Below, piece after piece: positions 62,061 to 64,000 of a stretch of DNA of 64,000 nt. Source of the stretch: Escherichia phage VEc74; sequence record MT932213.1; one strand, 5' to 3'. Made by a program: the position numbers and the translations under genes. The notes beneath the pieces were generated by a model that was given only the letters and a program-made list of their open reading frames with translations, had not been told where the DNA came from and searched no databases. Each line of letters starts with the position of its first letter. Within the stretch, counting starts at the first letter, position 1.

Positions 62061-62335
62061 TCGAAATAATCTTCAATTTCGTAATCATGGACGTAAATCA
62101 TTATAGTTTTTAATACATCATCAATACTTTTTCCTGGAGCTGGAATTACGTAGAAATATCCTTCTTTTGAGAGGTCTTTATAAGTTCCAATTAAGAAATC
62201 ATTATTCTCAAGATGTAGTTCTTCAACTAATTCATTAACAATTGAATGGTATAAATTTGGTAGAAACTTATATAGCTTTTCTAGAATATCAATTTTGATT
62301 GTGTATTGAACCACGGACTGAGAATCAATAATCAT
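62057..62335 (-). CDS. arn: Arn, anti-restriction protein (inhibitor of McrBC)
   Basis: 92 aa, MIIDSQSVVQYTIKIDILEKLYKFLPNLYHSIVNELVEELHLENNDFLIG... matches T4 Arn. Confidence 0.9.
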   Translation of the reverse strand: MIIDSQSVVQYTIKIDILEKLYKFLPNLYHSIVNELVEELHLENNDFLIGTYKDLSKEGYFYVIPAPGKSIDDVLKTIMIYVHDYEIEDYFE

Positions 62336-62418
62336 AGACCTTCCCCTTATGTTTCTGTTTGCGATTAGATTCTTTAAACGCTTTCTTCTTATCCTTATGA
62401 ACAGAAGCTTTATTAAAA

Positions 62419-62637
62419 TTATGTTTTGCGACTAAATTGTTCATAGTGCTGAATCACCTCTCTCAAACATTTGCATGTGAATGAAAACTTTTTAGCTACA
62501 CCACATTCAAATATATGTTCTCTTAAATCGCGTGTATCGGTATATCCCATCTCAACAATAAAATGCCGTATTAGATTTTTATCTTTATCATTGAGAGAAT
62601 TAAAATAATCAGATTTTGAATTAATTTCCCTGGCCAA
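62419..62637 (-). CDS. Hypothetical protein arn.1
   Basis: 72-aa ORF. Confidence 0.5.
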   Translation of the reverse strand: MAREINSKSDYFNSLNDKDKNLIRHFIVEMGYTDTRDLREHIFECGVAKKFSFTCKCLREVIQHYEQFSRKT

Positions 62638-62917
62638 ATTGAATCACCTTCAGTTGACGTTTTAATTCTTTTATCATTTCTTCGTTCATCGCAATATAAA
62701 GATCACGTAAAGCGGGTTTTAGCATTCCATTTACTGGAGAACTAAATGGACATACATAATCTTTTCCTACGAGCTTTTTAGTGAATTCCATATCACAGAA
62801 CTGAAATGCCGGTTCATTAGCATAAATTCCCCAATTAGTTGACATCATTTTATTGGCATATTCCAACGCCTGGATTTGATTCTTAATTCCATCAATTTGA
62901 AACTTTTTAATATTCAT
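62621..62917 (-). CDS. Hypothetical protein arn.2
   Basis: 98-aa ORF. Confidence 0.5.
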   Translation of the reverse strand: MNIKKFQIDGIKNQIQALEYANKMMSTNWGIYANEPAFQFCDMEFTKKLVGKDYVCPFSSPVNGMLKPALRDLYIAMNEEMIKELKRQLKVIQFGQGN

Positions 62918-63378
62918 TAGTAAAGGTCCTCAGAGTAAAGTTCTTTTTCATTACCACCACGTTCAATACGTACTTGTCCAGCGTAAGTTGCAATAATCAT
63001 TGCTTCTTCACGTGTCCAATAATTACTATATTGGTCAATAAACCCTTGGTCATCATCACAAACTTGTTGAGTAACTAATTGAGGTTTAACTACATCTAAA
63101 ACTTCTGCCATATCTTTAGAATAATGACGAGCACCAGGAATAACAAGAGTTCGTCCATCTTTTAATTTAAAACGATTAGCTGCGCAAACAATCCGTCGTT
63201 GATACTTTTGGTTTTCATCCCAGTATGCAGACTGCCAACAGATTTCAGGAACTTCTTTTAGAATATCTTCTTCTGTGCATTTATAACCATGCGCTTTAAA
63301 TTTTTCAGCAAGACTTTCTGGAGTTTCACGAGATAAAGGAACATTCAGCATTTTTAAACGATTGATAAATGGGTTCAT
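62917..63378 (-). CDS. Hypothetical protein arn.3
   Basis: 153-aa ORF. Confidence 0.55.
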   Translation of the reverse strand: MNPFINRLKMLNVPLSRETPESLAEKFKAHGYKCTEEDILKEVPEICWQSAYWDENQKYQRRIVCAANRFKLKDGRTLVIPGARHYSKDMAEVLDVVKPQLVTQQVCDDDQGFIDQYSNYWTREEAMIIATYAGQVRIERGGNEKELYSEDLY

Positions 63379-63704
63379 TTAAACCATCCTTTAATACGTT
63401 GCCACAAAGTTTTCTGTTGAGCTTTGTTAACACCAATTGAGCGAATAACTGGTTGAGATTCCTGGAATTCTTTATAATCAGCAAGGTAAATTTCGTAAGC
63501 TGAATCTGTAAAGGAACTTATAGCTGCCATGAAATTATTGCGAATACCTACTGGAGCATCTTTACTTTCACGAATAATCATGTATTTGCCAGTCTTAATC
63601 TTTACAATAGTTCCAAGATAAGCCCCATGGTACCAGATGTCCCATCCCTCTTGAGTAGGTTCTGCGCAACGACGAAGTTCATTAACAATTTCTAACTTGT
63701 TCAT
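63375..63704 (-). CDS. Hypothetical protein arn.4
   Basis: 109-aa ORF. Confidence 0.55.
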   Translation of the reverse strand: MNKLEIVNELRRCAEPTQEGWDIWYHGAYLGTIVKIKTGKYMIIRESKDAPVGIRNNFMAAISSFTDSAYEIYLADYKEFQESQPVIRSIGVNKAQQKTLWQRIKGWFK

Positions 63705-63714
63705 TATTTATTCC

Positions 63715-64000
63715 TCACAGTTCAGATGCTACAGCGATTACTACTTCAATGTTTTCTGCCGAGCGTTTAATGTCAAGATACACATTACCGTTTTTAGCGA
63801 TTTTACATGACATTCCGATGTCAGTAAATTTCTGAATATGATGTTCCATCATTTTGTATCCAAAAATTCGCATATTTCCATTGTTGTTAATTTCAAAATT
63901 ACGAATTCCGTGAGTGCGTTTTTCTAAAATAGCAAGATAGTTACTGCGATAAGTTTCAACCTTTTTAAGAACAAATCCATTTTCATCTAAAAGTTTTAAC
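63715..64000 (-). CDS. motA: MotA middle-transcription activator, C-terminal DNA-binding domain (5' end outside window)
   Basis: Hand translation of minus strand: ...LKLLDENGFVLKKVETYRSNYLAILEKRTHGIRNFEINNNGNMRIFGYKMMEHHIQKFTDIGMSCKIAKNGNVYLDIKRSAENIEVVIAVASEL*, matches remembered T4 MotA C-terminus. Confidence 0.8.
   Translation of the reverse strand, partial: LKLLDENGFVLKKVETYRSNYLAILEKRTHGIRNFEINNNGNMRIFGYKMMEHHIQKFTDIGMSCKIAKNGNVYLDIKRSAENIEVVIAVASEL

Overview
This window is a contiguous block of a T4-like (Tevenvirinae) Escherichia phage genome, recognisable from near-identity of many ORF translations to T4 proteins and from T4-style regulatory motifs. Plus-strand late structural genes run from the end of gene 18 (tail sheath) through 19, 20, 67, 68, 21, 22, 23 and 24. 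A minus-strand block follows (rnlB, 24.2, 24.3, hoc, inh), then segE, uvsW, uvsY, baseplate genes 25-26-51-27-28-29-48-54, and a long minus-strand early region (alt paralogs, DNA ligase 30, 30.x, rIII, 31, cd, pseT, spanins, alc, rnlA, denA, nrdB, nrdA, td, frd, 32, 59, 33, dsbA, rnh). The window ends with long tail fibre genes 34-35-36-37-38, holin t, asiA, arn and the 3' part of motA. No tRNA, rRNA or CRISPR array was seen. Departures from the T4 reference as I remember it are the main points of interest: an HNH-type endonuclease ORF between genes 18 and 19; a ~408-bp ORF-carrying insertion between frd and td, flanked by a 9-bp direct repeat; intronless td and nrdB with no mobE or segD; two tandem Alt-family ADP-ribosyltransferase genes; a Hoc with an extra Ig-like domain; and a T2-type gp37/gp38 adhesin module. 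Comparisons to T4 are from memory, not from a search. Motif coordinates are hand-counted and may be off by 1-2 bp.
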